Positions 7,152 to 16,272 of a DNA stretch of 41,510 bases are shown here, in pieces. The position numbers and the translations under genes were made by a program. The stretch is from Enterobacteria phage IME_EC2: the sequence record NC_047742.1. One strand, written 5' to 3'. Positions within the stretch are counted from its first letter, which is position 1. Each line of letters begins with the position of its first letter. Under the pieces are notes generated by a model that was not told where the DNA came from, did not search any database, and worked only from the letters and a program-made list of their open reading frames with translations.

Positions 7152-7968
7152 ACCCGAACGCCCCCGCAAGATGCCCGCCGACGCATGGCCTCCCCGTCCT
7201 CTCGTAGCCGTACAGGAAAACCTCGTCCGGGTCAGTGTAGACGAACCGGATCTCCCGATCGCCATCGTAGATCGCCGACGCCTGGATCGCGTTCATAGGC
7301 CGGAACGTCAGCCAGACCTCCGCCTCCCCTCGCGCCGCCACGTTCACGGCATGGACCGGATCCGCCACCAGATACACCGGAGCGTCCGGCGCTGGGTGGA
7401 TCAGCCCTACCGCGCCCCACGTCGGGCCACCAGCGGCAAACACCACAGACCTGTCGGAGCCGATCTTCGCCACGTTGCACCACGGCCCCAGCGATCCCCC
7501 CAGTGGACGAGCGCATGGAACATACAGGAAGCCGTCGCGCATTGCGCCTTTGCTCATGACCTTTTCCACGTCCTCCGGGGTCAGCTCCCAGTCCTGCGCG
7601 GGCTTGTCCTGCTGGCGGGCATACTTGCGGGCCTCTTTGACGATCGTTTCCCGCTTCTCCGGGGTGAGTCCGCCTATCCAGTCGCCCAGGTCGTTGATCG
7701 CTTCGTTGAATGGCTGCGATCTGCTGGTCATAAACCAAAACATGCCATCACGAGCGCCACCGCACGAGCCGGAACAGTACCCGAAGCCCTCGGCCTTCTT
7801 CGTCTGCTGCTTATGGCCCCAGCGAAAGCGATCCGTCCCGCCGCATATCGGGCAAGGCTGGTGATTGCCGTTAAACGCCTTGCGGTCCCAGCCGCACAGA
7901 TCGAGGAGCGCCTGTTCCCACTTGCCGGGCATCGCGGCGAGAACGTCCTCTTTTTTATAAATTGCCAT
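7150..7968 (-). CDS. putative DNA primase (P4-type Zn-ribbon plus TOPRIM-like region)
   Basis: HQPCPICGGTDRFRW zinc-binding motif typical of phage/plasmid primases; AGGAGG SD. Confidence 0.55.
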   Translation of the reverse strand: MAIYKKEDVLAAMPGKWEQALLDLCGWDRKAFNGNHQPCPICGGTDRFRWGHKQQTKKAEGFGYCSGSCGGARDGMFWFMTSRSQPFNEAINDLGDWIGGLTPEKRETIVKEARKYARQQDKPAQDWELTPEDVEKVMSKGAMRDGFLYVPCARPLGGSLGPWCNVAKIGSDRSVVFAAGGPTWGAVGLIHPAPDAPVYLVADPVHAVNVAARGEAEVWLTFRPMNAIQASAIYDGDREIRFVYTDPDEVFLYGYERTGRPCVGGHLAGAFG

Positions 7969-8030
7969 CTTGCCCTCCTGAGTTTTCCCGGTTACTATAA
8001 ATCACGCTTTAATGATATTACAAGGAATAA

Positions 8031-10073
8031 ATGGAAATGGTCGAGACATTAGAAAGGCAGATCGCGGCCCTCGATCGCGACGCCATTCTCCGCGCCCTCG
8101 GTGATATGCCCGTAACGCCATACGATCACCAGTTCGTCGCATATGAGGCTTGCGCGAAGGCTATCCGTAAATATCCGGGGCCTGTCATTGTGGACGCCGC
8201 CGTGAGCGCCGGGAAAACCATCATGATCTCCATGCTGGCCCGCCGGATCAGGGATATGGGATTCCCCGCCATGATCCTGTCCCGCCAGGGTGAGATCATC
8301 GATCAGGACTTCGAGGAGTTGCGGAACTTCGGCGTAAACTCCTCGATCTACTGCGCCAGCTTAGGCCGCAAGTCTGCACACTTCCCGATCGTCGTCGGCT
8401 CCGAGGGTACAGTGATCGGAGGGATCCGCCCAGGCCAGCCCCTCGCCCATTACGCGCCGTTGTTCCTGCTGATCGATGAATGCCATCACGTCAACATTGA
8501 GGACCTGATCCGCTCGGAGGAGCGCGTGGTCCCGGAGTACCTGCGGGACGATAACGGGACCGTTATCCTCGACGGCTTCGGGGATCCGACCATTATCGGC
8601 GAGCATAAGGGCGAGACATACGAGGAGATGATCGAGGCGGGTCGCTCCAGTTATACGATCATCATCCGAACGTTACAGGCCCGCGCCCGGTCAGTGTACG
8701 GGAAGGAACTCCGCATTATCGGCTACACTGGGACGCCTTACAGGGGCGTGGAGTCCATCATCCAGCCAGACCTCGAACAGCCCGGATTCTGGCGTGAAAA
8801 GGTCTGCGAGATCTCGACGGAATACCTCGTCAGCGTTGGCGCTGTCGTTCCGACTCACTTCGGGATCTCCAATCTCCACTACAACCTCGACCAGTGGCGA
8901 TCGACGGGTGAGGACGGCATTAAGGAGTTCACGGACTCCGACATGGACGCCATGCAAAAGGCGATCCTGAAAGAGAAAAAGCTCACTCATGAGATCATGG
9001 CGGAGGTCTACGCCATCGCCCAGCACAGGAACGGCGTGTTAGTGACGTGTGCGGGCGTGAGACACTGCAAACAGGCGGCGGAGGCCCTTCCCCCTGGTAC
9101 GCCTTACGCCATCATTACGGACGACACGACGGGCAAGAAGCGCATGGACATTTTGCGCCGCGCCAATACCGGGGAGATCAAGTTCATTTTCCAGGTTAAC
9201 GCCCTAACGACTGGCGTTAACGTCCCGTTCTGGGACACGTCCGTGATCCTGCGGAAGATCGGCTCCCTCACGCTCCTAACCCAGCTTTTAGGCCGTGGGA
9301 TGCGAATCCTTAAGCCGTTCCACATCGCCGCCGGGGTGACGAAAGAGGATCACCTGGTTCTCGACTACGCCGGGACGCTGGACGAACTCGGATCCCTGTA
9401 CTTCTCCCCGCTGCTGGAGGCATATCAGCACAGCGCCGACGAGAGCAAAGGAGAATTAGAGTTAGACTGTCCGAAGTGTCGCAAGGCGGGCCATCCTACG
9501 CTCAACGGCAAACACGCCCGACGCTGCCGCTACGTGGACGAGAACGGCGATCGCTGCGAACACTTTTTCCAGTTCATCACCTGCGACGACTGGAAGGACG
9601 CCAGCGGGCGGAAAGTGGTCCAAAAGGGATGCGGGGCGCAAAACGACATAGTAGCCAGGATCTGCCGCTGCTGCGGGAACTCGCTCGTAGATCCGAACAA
9701 GAACTTAAGCCGGACCACGTACAGCCGCGACGACTACGCGACCGTGAGAGGGTTCAGAATTGAATTAGCGCGAGGGACTGGGGGGATCGCCTTCCGGTAC
9801 GAACTGGAGAAGGACGGGGACCAGTTTGTGGCCTGGCAAGTATTTTGGCCCGGTAGCGACTCGCCAGCGGCGAAAAAGGAATGGGTCCATAATGGCATCC
9901 TTAAGCACGTCCTGGACGGCAAAATGAGGGCCACGATCAAGAAATGCCGGACGCCCCAGCAGGTATTAGAGTTCGCCCCGTACTTCATGGCCCCGCTTAA
10001 GGTCAGCCACCGGAAGATCGGCAAGGGTAAAGACGTTATCACTAACAAAATTTTCATGAATGAGGAGTTTTAA
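8031..10073 (+). CDS. SF2 DNA helicase (DExH box) with C-terminal Cys-rich zinc-finger region
   Basis: Motif I AAVSAGKT, motif II DECHH, motif VI QLLGRGMR; C-terminal CPKC...CRY...C...CRCC. Confidence 0.8.
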   Translation: MEMVETLERQIAALDRDAILRALGDMPVTPYDHQFVAYEACAKAIRKYPGPVIVDAAVSAGKTIMISMLARRIRDMGFPAMILSRQGEIIDQDFEELRNFGVNSSIYCASLGRKSAHFPIVVGSEGTVIGGIRPGQPLAHYAPLFLLIDECHHVNIEDLIRSEERVVPEYLRDDNGTVILDGFGDPTIIGEHKGETYEEMIEAGRSSYTIIIRTLQARARSVYGKELRIIGYTGTPYRGVESIIQPDLEQPGFWREKVCEISTEYLVSVGAVVPTHFGISNLHYNLDQWRSTGEDGIKEFTDSDMDAMQKAILKEKKLTHEIMAEVYAIAQHRNGVLVTCAGVRHCKQAAEALPPGTPYAIITDDTTGKKRMDILRRANTGEIKFIFQVNALTTGVNVPFWDTSVILRKIGSLTLLTQLLGRGMRILKPFHIAAGVTKEDHLVLDYAGTLDELGSLYFSPLLEAYQHSADESKGELELDCPKCRKAGHPTLNGKHARRCRYVDENGDRCEHFFQFITCDDWKDASGRKVVQKGCGAQNDIVARICRCCGNSLVDPNKNLSRTTYSRDDYATVRGFRIELARGTGGIAFRYELEKDGDQFVAWQVFWPGSDSPAAKKEWVHNGILKHVLDGKMRATIKKCRTPQQVLEFAPYFMAPLKVSHRKIGKGKDVITNKIFMNEEF

Positions 10074-10541
10074 ATGTCCGTACTGAATAAAAAGACTGAG
10101 TTCTGGCGCGAGTTCTATCTGGACCATATCCCGACCTACTCGCCACACGAGGACGTCGAACAGCAAAACATGGCGAGCAACATCCGGGAGATCTACGGCG
10201 ATCCCCTCACTGATCCCGACGCGCTGCTGGCGTTCCACCCAGTAAACGAGAGCGGCGGCTCCAGCGATCCCCGCTACGGGGCGAAGTTGAACGCGCTCGG
10301 ACGACTGGCGGGGATCTCGGACTGGGTGATCCTTGAGCCTCGCGGTGGCTATGGCTTCGCGCTGATCGAGTTGAAGCGGAACAGCCGGAGCAAATCACGG
10401 CTTAAGCCGGAGCAAAAGGAGATCCTCGAACGGGCGCGGGCGCGTGGTGGCTGGACTGCTGTCGCGTGGGGCTGCGAGGCTGGCCTGGCTGCTCTCGAAT
10501 ATTATCTTAAATTACCCGTTGCAAACATCACGAAAGAATGA
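10074..10541 (+). CDS. VRR-NUC domain nuclease
   Basis: DWVILEP...GFALIELKR...LKPEQKEILERARARGGWTAVAW pattern of VRR-NUC PD-(D/E)xK nucleases; start overlaps helicase stop. Confidence 0.7.
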   Translation: MSVLNKKTEFWREFYLDHIPTYSPHEDVEQQNMASNIREIYGDPLTDPDALLAFHPVNESGGSSDPRYGAKLNALGRLAGISDWVILEPRGGYGFALIELKRNSRSKSRLKPEQKEILERARARGGWTAVAWGCEAGLAALEYYLKLPVANITKE

Positions 10542-10580
10542 TTTAATCTTTCTCACACCAACAACGTGAGAGAGAACAAA

Positions 10581-11624
10581 ATGGAAACAGCATTCGACCT
10601 TATCCCGGCGCTGCCATCGTTCGACGTTGGCGCGTCGCTTTTCGTTAGCGCTCGCGACGCCGATCAGTTGACTAACGAACAGTACCACGAGGACGAGATC
10701 TACATTACCGGGTCGAGCCTCTGGACCATTTACAGCAAATGCCCCGCCGCGTGGCGCTTCCAGAAGGCACAGGAAGCGAAAGCGAAAAAACTCAATTCCG
10801 CCCAGAAGCCGCTCACATTCGGGACCACTTCCCACACGATGTTACTTGAGCCGGATCGCTTCGCTCGTGAGTTCTTCCGTCTGCCTAACCCGGACGACTT
10901 CCCGGACCTGATCACCTCTGTAGCGAAGATGCAAAGCTGGTTAAAGGATCGAGGCCAGAAGGGCTACTCCAACAAAACCGCCGAAGAACTGATCGCGATG
11001 TGTCGCGCTGTCCAGGCCCCGGACGAAGTGCTCCACATCTGGCACGAGATCGAGGCGAACGCCATCAAAGAGGCGAACGGTCGCGAGATCGTCCCGGCGA
11101 AGGACTGGGACCGCGTTCACTCAATGCGCGACGTTCTGCTGGCTAACCACAATTACCGCCGGATCATTGAGACGGGGGTCCCGGAGTTGTCGCTGTTCTG
11201 TATTATCGACGGCGTTCCCGTTAAGGTCCGACTCGACCGCGTGACGGACGTCGGGGAGATTATCGACTTTAAGACGACGCAAAGCGCGGAGCCGGAGAAG
11301 TTCGGGCGACTGGCCCACGATCTCGGCTACTGGTGCAAAATGGCTTTACAACATGATTGTTTCAAGTTGGCCTACCAGCAGGATCCGAACGGTACGAAGT
11401 TACTCGTACAGGAAAAAGACGAGCCGTGGCTGGCCCTCATGAATCGCTTAACGCCGGAACAGTTGCTCGTCGGTCGCGGTCAGTACAAGACGGCGCTCCA
11501 GGTCCTCAAACACTGCCGCGAGCGTGACGTGTGGCCCGCCTATGCGAACGGGCAAGAGGAGATCGCGCTTTCTACTCCGGCATACTTACAACAACGTTAC
11601 AAAGAATATTTTAAAGAGGTGTAA
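10581..11624 (+). CDS. PD-(D/E)xK family exonuclease (recombination exonuclease-like)
   Basis: IIDFKTTQ...HDLGYWCKMALQ nuclease-type motifs; sits directly upstream of ERF and SSB; trimmed to ATG with GAGAGA SD. Confidence 0.55.
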   Translation: METAFDLIPALPSFDVGASLFVSARDADQLTNEQYHEDEIYITGSSLWTIYSKCPAAWRFQKAQEAKAKKLNSAQKPLTFGTTSHTMLLEPDRFAREFFRLPNPDDFPDLITSVAKMQSWLKDRGQKGYSNKTAEELIAMCRAVQAPDEVLHIWHEIEANAIKEANGREIVPAKDWDRVHSMRDVLLANHNYRRIIETGVPELSLFCIIDGVPVKVRLDRVTDVGEIIDFKTTQSAEPEKFGRLAHDLGYWCKMALQHDCFKLAYQQDPNGTKLLVQEKDEPWLALMNRLTPEQLLVGRGQYKTALQVLKHCRERDVWPAYANGQEEIALSTPAYLQQRYKEYFKEV

Positions 11625-11626
11625 TC

Positions 11627-12349
11627 ATGGAATTTTCAACCGATAAGAATCAGATCGTAGTCGCAATGGTTAAGGCTCGCGCCGCCATGATGTCAGAAGC
11701 GAAAAAGAACACGCAAAATAATCACCTCCATAACTGGTACGCGGATTTAGGATCCTTCCTGGCGACCGTTCGCCCTGCTCTGGAGTCGAACGGGCTGATC
11801 GTCATTCAGTCCCCACTCCCGGCGGTGGAAAAAGGCGGGATGCTCGTCCTACCGCTGGAGACGATGATCCTCCACGAGTCCGGCGAGTTCATGAGCGCCG
11901 TTATGGAGATGCCGCTGGCGTTTAACCCCAAAAGCGCCCCGGCTCACGCTGTCGGCTCGGCGATCACCTATGCCCGACGCTATCACCTGGCGGCTCTGTT
12001 CGGCATCACCCAGGCAGACGACGACGGCAACGCGACGAAGAAAACCGCCCGTCAGTGGATCGAGGACCTGAAAGGGATCGAGGACGTCGAGAAGCTGGAC
12101 GAAGCCGTGGGCCGTATTGTCCACAATCTGGCAGACGATAAGGCGAGCGTGAAGGTCGTCCGTGACTGGCACATTTCCCGCAAAGCGGAACTTCGCGCCA
12201 GCGAGTCGAAAGGATTTAATCCGGCCTCGGTTGTCCAGAAGAAAAAAGCCGCCGATAATGCCCCGGCAAAAGAACAGCCCGCCGCCCCGGTAGAACCACA
12301 GCAGGAAGCGCCAGCGGCGGACGATAAACCGAACATTGAGGAGTTCTAA
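11627..12349 (+). CDS. erf: ERF-family single-strand annealing protein
   Basis: [16 protein letters not shown] resembles the conserved ERF core; gene order exo-ERF-SSB. Confidence 0.7.
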   Translation: MEFSTDKNQIVVAMVKARAAMMSEAKKNTQNNHLHNWYADLGSFLATVRPALESNGLIVIQSPLPAVEKGGMLVLPLETMILHESGEFMSAVMEMPLAFNPKSAPAHAVGSAITYARRYHLAALFGITQADDDGNATKKTARQWIEDLKGIEDVEKLDEAVGRIVHNLADDKASVKVVRDWHISRKAELRASESKGFNPASVVQKKKAADNAPAKEQPAAPVEPQQEAPAADDKPNIEEF

Positions 12350-12351
12350 AC

Positions 12352-12903
12352 ATGGCATCACGCGGCGTTAACAAGGTGATTCTGGTCGGCAATCTGGGCC
12401 AGGATCCCGAAGTGCGTTATATGCCGTCGGGTGGAGCGGTGGCGAACATTACGATCGCCACCTCTGAATCCTGGCGCGACAAGCAGACGGGCGAACAGAA
12501 AGAACAGACGGAATGGCATCGCGTCGTATTGTTCGGCAAGCTGGCGGAGGTCGCCGGGGAGTATCTGCGCAAGGGTTCACAGGTTTACATTGAGGGCCAG
12601 CTTAGGACGCGCAAATGGACGGACCAAAGCGGCGCGGAGAAGTACACGACGGAGGTCGTCGTGAACGTCGGCGGCACTATGCAAATGCTCGGCGGGAAGA
12701 AAGAGGGAGGCCAGTCTGGGGGGAATGGACCTACCCACTCCGGCGGCGGTGGCAATTCTCGCAATTCTCCGGGCCGTGGCGCGTCTAATTCGCAAAATCC
12801 GGGCAAGGGTAGCGGGTCGGGTCCTGCGTCGTCTGGAGGCGCTTCTGGGGCCTCTAATGGCGGGGAGCCTCCGATGGACTTTGACGACGATATACCGTTT
12901 TAA
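12352..12903 (+). CDS. ssb: single-stranded DNA-binding protein
   Basis: OB-fold SSB N-terminus ([36 protein letters not shown]), Gly-rich linker, acidic tail DDDIPF. Confidence 0.9.
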   Translation: MASRGVNKVILVGNLGQDPEVRYMPSGGAVANITIATSESWRDKQTGEQKEQTEWHRVVLFGKLAEVAGEYLRKGSQVYIEGQLRTRKWTDQSGAEKYTTEVVVNVGGTMQMLGGKKEGGQSGGNGPTHSGGGGNSRNSPGRGASNSQNPGKGSGSGPASSGGASGASNGGEPPMDFDDDIPF

Positions 12904-12910
12904 CGGGTGA

Positions 12911-12946
12911 GGCCCTTCGGGGCCGATCCTCCCAGGAGCCGACGAG
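12911..12946 (+). promoter_or_regulatory. UUCG-tetraloop hairpin (GGCCC-TTCG-GGGCC) fused to GATCCTCCCAGGAG SD context, copy 2
   Basis: Near-identical to element at 404-438; directly precedes the HNH start codon. Confidence 0.5.
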
Positions 12947-13387
12947 ATGAAACAATGCGCCATCTGTCACGAATCGAAGCCGCTGGAGGAGTTCCACAGG
13001 AACAAGAGCAAGAAGGACGGGAGGGACTCGCGCTGTCGCCAGTGTAAGAGCGGGCTTTATAAGAGTTACTACCACGGCGATCCAGCCCGAAAGGAGCGGA
13101 TCATCGAAAACGTTAAAACGTACCAGGCCGGACCGGGGCGAGAGAAGGCGAACGCCACAAAGTCCAGCTATCACACAAAACATCCAAAGAAGCGCCGCGC
13201 CCATAATCTGGTTTATAACGCGATACGGCGCGGAGAGCTAACGAGGGGGCCGTGTGAGGTCTGCGGAGCGGAGAAGGTAGTGGGACACCATGACGACTAC
13301 GATCGCCCGTTAGAGGTCCGCTGGCTCTGCGAGAGGCATCATAAAGAGTGGCATCTGGTTAACGGTGAAGCGCTTAACCCAGATTGA
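12947..13387 (+). CDS. HNH endonuclease
   Basis: N-terminal Cys cluster (CAICH...CRQCK) and C-terminal HNH-type motif (VVGHHDDYDRPLEVRWLCERHHKEWH). Confidence 0.8.
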   Translation: MKQCAICHESKPLEEFHRNKSKKDGRDSRCRQCKSGLYKSYYHGDPARKERIIENVKTYQAGPGREKANATKSSYHTKHPKKRRAHNLVYNAIRRGELTRGPCEVCGAEKVVGHHDDYDRPLEVRWLCERHHKEWHLVNGEALNPD

Positions 13388-13444
13388 TTTAGATAACGGT
13401 TTAATGAATAATCACGGAGACGTTAACCAATGAAGGAGCCGATC

Positions 13445-13663
13445 ATGGCAACATTAAAGCCCGTTTGCCTCGTGAAGCAGGTCCGAGAGGCGAAAGGCAT
13501 CCAGCAAAAAGATCTGGCGGAACGCGTAGGCATGATCGCCCACCAGTTGAGCCGATACGAGAACGGGCACGAGTTGCCACATATTACTAACCTCTGCCGA
13601 CTCGCTGCCGCCCTGGACGTGTCGATCGCAGACCTGATCGAGTATGGAGTGAATCATGATTAA
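13445..13663 (+). CDS. XRE-family HTH transcriptional regulator (Cro/CI-like)
   Basis: KGIQQKDLAERVGMIAHQLSRYENG HTH signature; second ATG chosen because AAGGAG lies 6 nt upstream (ORF track start 13430 is an alternative). Confidence 0.75.
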   Translation: MATLKPVCLVKQVREAKGIQQKDLAERVGMIAHQLSRYENGHELPHITNLCRLAAALDVSIADLIEYGVNHD

Positions 13664-13940
13664 GTCCGGCCTTAGCTTTAGCGAAGCTCTGATCGCAGTG
13701 AAGGAAGGTTATAAAATTGCCCGCGCTGGATGGAATGGCGCTAATCAATTCGTGATCAAGGCTGGCGGGTATACCGTAAACGAGCCGCGACCGGGTAGTG
13801 ATTATGCAAAGGCCGGGATCACTGGCGAATTTACGATCGCCCCGCATCTTGATCTTAAAAATGCGCAAGGCGTAATGCAACCGGGTTGGGTCCCATCACA
13901 GGGCGACCTGTTCGCCAATGACTGGACGATCTTACGCTGA
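13656..13940 (+). CDS. DUF2829-like protein (Tad2-type fold candidate)
   Basis: FSEALIAVKEGYKIARAGWNG near N-terminus and C-terminal DLFANDWTIL resemble the DUF2829 pattern; overlaps HTH stop. Confidence 0.5.
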   Translation: MIKSGLSFSEALIAVKEGYKIARAGWNGANQFVIKAGGYTVNEPRPGSDYAKAGITGEFTIAPHLDLKNAQGVMQPGWVPSQGDLFANDWTILR

Positions 13941-13967
13941 TTGTTAACGCGGAATCGAGAGAAGAAG

Positions 13968-13994
13968 AAGGGGCCAATTAAGGCCCCTTTTTTT
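13968..13994. terminator. bidirectional intrinsic terminator (GGGGCC-AATTAA-GGCCCC + T7)
   Basis: Hairpin with T-run on plus side and U-rich on minus side, at convergence of the plus-strand operon and tailspike gene. Confidence 0.7.
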
Positions 13995-16233
13995 ATGCCG
14001 GAGTTCGGAAGGAGATCGGCTTCGTTGCCGCCAGTTGAACGCCCGCCACGGTTGCCGTCACGATAGCGTCCGCAATGTCGATCCTGATCTCTGCGGTCGG
14101 GTTGCTTGGGTTGGTGCTGTACGGTGCGCGAGTGATCACCGTGTTAAGCGGAGCGCCGCCAGCCCCGGCTCCGGGGATCGTGACGCGGGTCCCCTGCGTA
14201 AGCGGGGTCTTATAAAACCAGACCTGATCCGACTTGTTGCCAGCCATCGCGTAATTTTGCGCGAGGTAGGTCTGGCCCGCTGCCGTCGCTTTAATCTGCA
14301 ATTCTGCGACCGCCGGGAGGTATGCGCCGGACGTCTCGACGGCAAAGATCTTGCCATCGTTGCGGACCAGGAGATCGCCCTCCATGAACTCGCGCCCGGT
14401 CGGGAACGCGTTACCATCCCAGATCCCTACGCCGTCCATCTGGTCAGGAGTCGGGATCAGGTAAGTATGGTTAGAGGGCTGCATTTCAGCGCCTACGCCG
14501 CCGTTAGTCCCCGAACGAGGGTACGGACGGGCGAACACGTTCGAATTAACGCAATCAATCTGGCTGTATGCGCAACGGCTCCAGCCCTGATCCGGGTACG
14601 CGCCGAAGTTAACATTATTCATGCGTAACACGGTGCGACCGCCAGCGATATAACCATTCGAAGGCGTCCCGCCGCTGGAATCATCCCCGATCGCGTCGAA
14701 GATATCGCCGGAGATATCGTTTAAATCCAGTTCGGTAGCCACGCCGAAAACGGAGAATTTAGCCACGTTGATGTTACTGAATCGGCAACGGTTGGTTGCT
14801 CCGGCCTTTTCCGTACCCACGCCAGCGTAAAAGCGCCCGGTCTTGGAATAGACGTTCCTCACGGTCATGTCCTGGCAAGGACCACGAGCGCCCACTCCGG
14901 CGTTAGTCCCCCACTCCAGCATAACCACGCGGACGTCGGAGGCCAGGGTCCCGGAGGTCACGATCGGCTCCCCGCGAACGCCATCGATCGACACGCGGCG
15001 CGAGCCATAACAGAGGACCGTCGCCAGCGTCAGGCCGGAGCCGTTAGACACGTTCTGATCCGGGTCGCCGTTGATGTTCTCGATCACGGAGTCGCGGACC
15101 ATTTCGAAGTGAACAAGCTGGCGGACGCCGACGCCCGTCACGTTGCGGATCGTGATGTTCTTCGCAAAGTTCTCGTCAGGCGTGTCGATACCATACGGAG
15201 ATTGACCAGCGACGCCGATCCCGATCCCCCAGTTGGACGGGTTGATCGGAGCCTGTCCGGTGGAGTCGATGTTCTCCAGGTAGATATTTTCGATCACGCA
15301 ACCGTCGTCATAGTGGCGCTGCACCACGTTAAGCTCGATCCCGTCGCCGCCCATGTCGTAAAACGACAAGTTACGATACAGGCCACGCGTGACGAGTTCC
15401 CCGGTCCCCTGCTGCAAGATGCCGTAAAGGCCATTGCGGAACTCGCTCTCCGTGACTTCCACAGTCGCGTTTTTCGGTAGGGCTTGCATCATTACGCTTG
15501 CGACCTTGCTCGTGGTCGGCTTGCCGTCAAACAGGCAATCCCGGATCCTTACGTCGCCGCCCCATACGCGAATACGGGCGTTTTTAATGGTCGCGCCTTT
15601 CAGCGTGGAATTGTCCATGAAAAAGTCCGGCGTACCTTTCCACGTTCCCCCCATGATGAGGATATCCGTCGCGGTCACGTTGCCGTCCAGCGTTCCCTCC
15701 CAGCCAATGGCCCAGACCGCCAGCTTTTGGGCCTGAGCCGTGTCAAACATGGTCTGGATGGCTGCGGACACGCTGGTGAATGGCGCTTTCCCGACGAACT
15801 GAAAAGGAGTGATCCAGCCCTGAATCGACTCTTTCAAAACGCCGTAATTCGTCCCCACGTACTCCCAGCCCGTCGGCGAGGTGAGAAGGTTCCACATCTG
15901 GACCGGATCATATTTGAACAGGTTCCCGAAATAGAATTGCTGGACGTCGTTCGCGTCCATCACCTTCATGGATGATTCGATCTTGGTGATCAGTTTGACT
16001 ACTTGACCGTTCCAGACCGGATAGCCGGAGACGTTGGTCCGTACTGGCTGCGGGATTGGCGTCAGCGTTCCGTCCTCGTCCTCGACAAAGACCTGGGTCT
16101 GGTTCGCTGGGTTCAGCGGGTCGGTATCTTTCACGCCTACGTAGATCTTCCCGTTGACCAGCGCCGCGAAGCGGTCCAGACGTAGGAAAGGCGTCGAAGG
16201 CATACCAATATCAGCGTATACGTCGCGGGCCAT
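13993..16233 (-). CDS. tailspike protein (P22-type N-terminal head-binding domain, distinct beta-helix receptor-binding domain)
   Basis: N-terminus ALVNGKIYVGVKDTDPLNPANQTQVFVEDEDG aligns with P22 gp9 [32 protein letters not shown]; remainder unlike P22; trimmed to ATG (MARDV) with GGAGAA SD. Confidence 0.85.
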   Translation of the reverse strand: MARDVYADIGMPSTPFLRLDRFAALVNGKIYVGVKDTDPLNPANQTQVFVEDEDGTLTPIPQPVRTNVSGYPVWNGQVVKLITKIESSMKVMDANDVQQFYFGNLFKYDPVQMWNLLTSPTGWEYVGTNYGVLKESIQGWITPFQFVGKAPFTSVSAAIQTMFDTAQAQKLAVWAIGWEGTLDGNVTATDILIMGGTWKGTPDFFMDNSTLKGATIKNARIRVWGGDVRIRDCLFDGKPTTSKVASVMMQALPKNATVEVTESEFRNGLYGILQQGTGELVTRGLYRNLSFYDMGGDGIELNVVQRHYDDGCVIENIYLENIDSTGQAPINPSNWGIGIGVAGQSPYGIDTPDENFAKNITIRNVTGVGVRQLVHFEMVRDSVIENINGDPDQNVSNGSGLTLATVLCYGSRRVSIDGVRGEPIVTSGTLASDVRVVMLEWGTNAGVGARGPCQDMTVRNVYSKTGRFYAGVGTEKAGATNRCRFSNINVAKFSVFGVATELDLNDISGDIFDAIGDDSSGGTPSNGYIAGGRTVLRMNNVNFGAYPDQGWSRCAYSQIDCVNSNVFARPYPRSGTNGGVGAEMQPSNHTYLIPTPDQMDGVGIWDGNAFPTGREFMEGDLLVRNDGKIFAVETSGAYLPAVAELQIKATAAGQTYLAQNYAMAGNKSDQVWFYKTPLTQGTRVTIPGAGAGGAPLNTVITRAPYSTNPSNPTAEIRIDIADAIVTATVAGVQLAATKPISFRTPA

Positions 16234-16272
16234 TGTGTTCTCCATGAGAAAGGGGGCTTATCGCCCCCGTTG

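Noticed and set aside
7045-8052. 335-aa plus-strand ORF
   Set aside because: Entirely antisense to the primase gene, Arg/Pro/Leu-rich composition typical of antisense frames in GC-rich coding DNA, no SD.
14035-16185. Several plus-strand ORFs (for example 14035..14628, 15484..15975) inside the tailspike region
   Set aside because: Antisense to a confidently identified tailspike gene; Arg/His-rich junk-like composition.
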